The notes beneath the pieces are model-generated. The model searched no databases and was not told the DNA's origin. It saw only the letters and a program-made list of their open reading frames with translations. The position numbers and the translations under genes were made by a program. A stretch of DNA of 64,000 bases from Phoronis australis (taxonomy: Eukaryota; Animalia; Phoronida): contig NMRA01000150.1 in NCBI GenBank assembly GCA_002633005.1, positions 326,434-390,433 of the forward strand. The letters run 5' to 3'. Numbering within the stretch: the stretch's first letter is position 1; the number at the start of each line of letters is the position of its first letter. Of this stretch, positions 63,431 to 64,000 are shown one piece after another.

Positions 63431-63817
63431 TTAAGGATCGACATAAATGGGTTAAAACCATTCTTGACGGAAAATATTTACATAAACCAAAAACTGCAAG
63501 CTGAAATTTTTAAATTTTTACTCGAATCCATAGGGAAGGCCAAGCCCCATGAGCTCCCACAGGGGCTCCCCCATGAGCTCCCCCAAATCCACAGATGGAA
63601 TAACTACATAGTCAAAATGCAGCATCGTAAACATAAATAGGATTATTTGGCAGAAACAATAAAGAATTTAAGAAGTGCACCATTCTGGCTAAATTCAATG
63701 TGAAATCCTTTTCTGACTGAGCCAAACCTGAGGCACAGTCTGACTGAGCCAAACCTGAGGAACAGTCTGACTGATGTCATAAAACTGACTGTAAAACATG
63801 TACACAATGCAGTCCCA

Positions 63818-63909
63818 CTACTGGTAGCTAGCCCCTTGTTGGTTGGTGAAGAAGCCTCCTGGCGCCCCCTGGTCAGCTGGCATCTGTGCCTGGGGATCCA
63901 TAGGGTCCA
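63818..63909 (-). CDS. Probable last coding exon of a convergent neighbouring gene (..DPMDPQAQMPADQGAPGGFFTNQQGASYQ*)
   Basis: Acceptor actttgtgttttcag ending at 63910; GC-richer open frame ending in TAG; minus-strand AATAAA at 62604-62609. Product not identifiable. Confidence 0.5.
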
Positions 63910-64000
63910 CTGAAAACACAAAGTAAAGTTTGAGTTAGCAGGAGATGATCTTTACCAAGCAAACCTCATTCAGAGTATTCAACCTCCACTGCACAGCATA

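Overview
Eukaryotic (invertebrate animal-type), AT-rich, intron-rich genomic DNA from a draft assembly; no prokaryotic operons or CRISPR arrays. Two multi-exon genes are arranged head-to-head around a short putative bidirectional promoter at ~21.8-22.1 kb. On the minus strand is a WD40-repeat gene (WDR87/WDR97-like by general resemblance only); 13 coding exons were reconstructed with consistent splice phases from 14252 down to 38, and the gene continues off the left edge. On the plus strand is a cortactin-binding protein 2 (CTTNBP2) gene, 22116-57991: N-terminal CortBP2 coiled coil, ankyrin repeats, then a neuron-navigator-like AAA/P-loop domain; one exon is interrupted by an N gap. A probable last exon of a third, convergent gene lies at 63818-63909 (-). 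Most notable: (1) two candidate alternative terminal exons of CTTNBP2 (40298 and 46810) that would give short and medium isoforms; (2) a 292-aa intronless acidic orphan ORF inside CTTNBP2 intron 2 with a three-times repeated L-x-[DE]-L-x-x-F-[LF]-D motif; (3) a TIR-bounded non-autonomous DNA transposon carrying a frameshifted HIRAN-like domain; (4) minisatellites that amplify exon ends together with their 5' splice sites; (5) four tandem duplications joined by a single N that are most likely uncollapsed haplotypes and reveal structural polymorphisms. Several MITEs with clear target-site duplications and many minisatellites fill the introns. All exon boundaries were read by eye and family assignments come from recalled motifs, not database searches.
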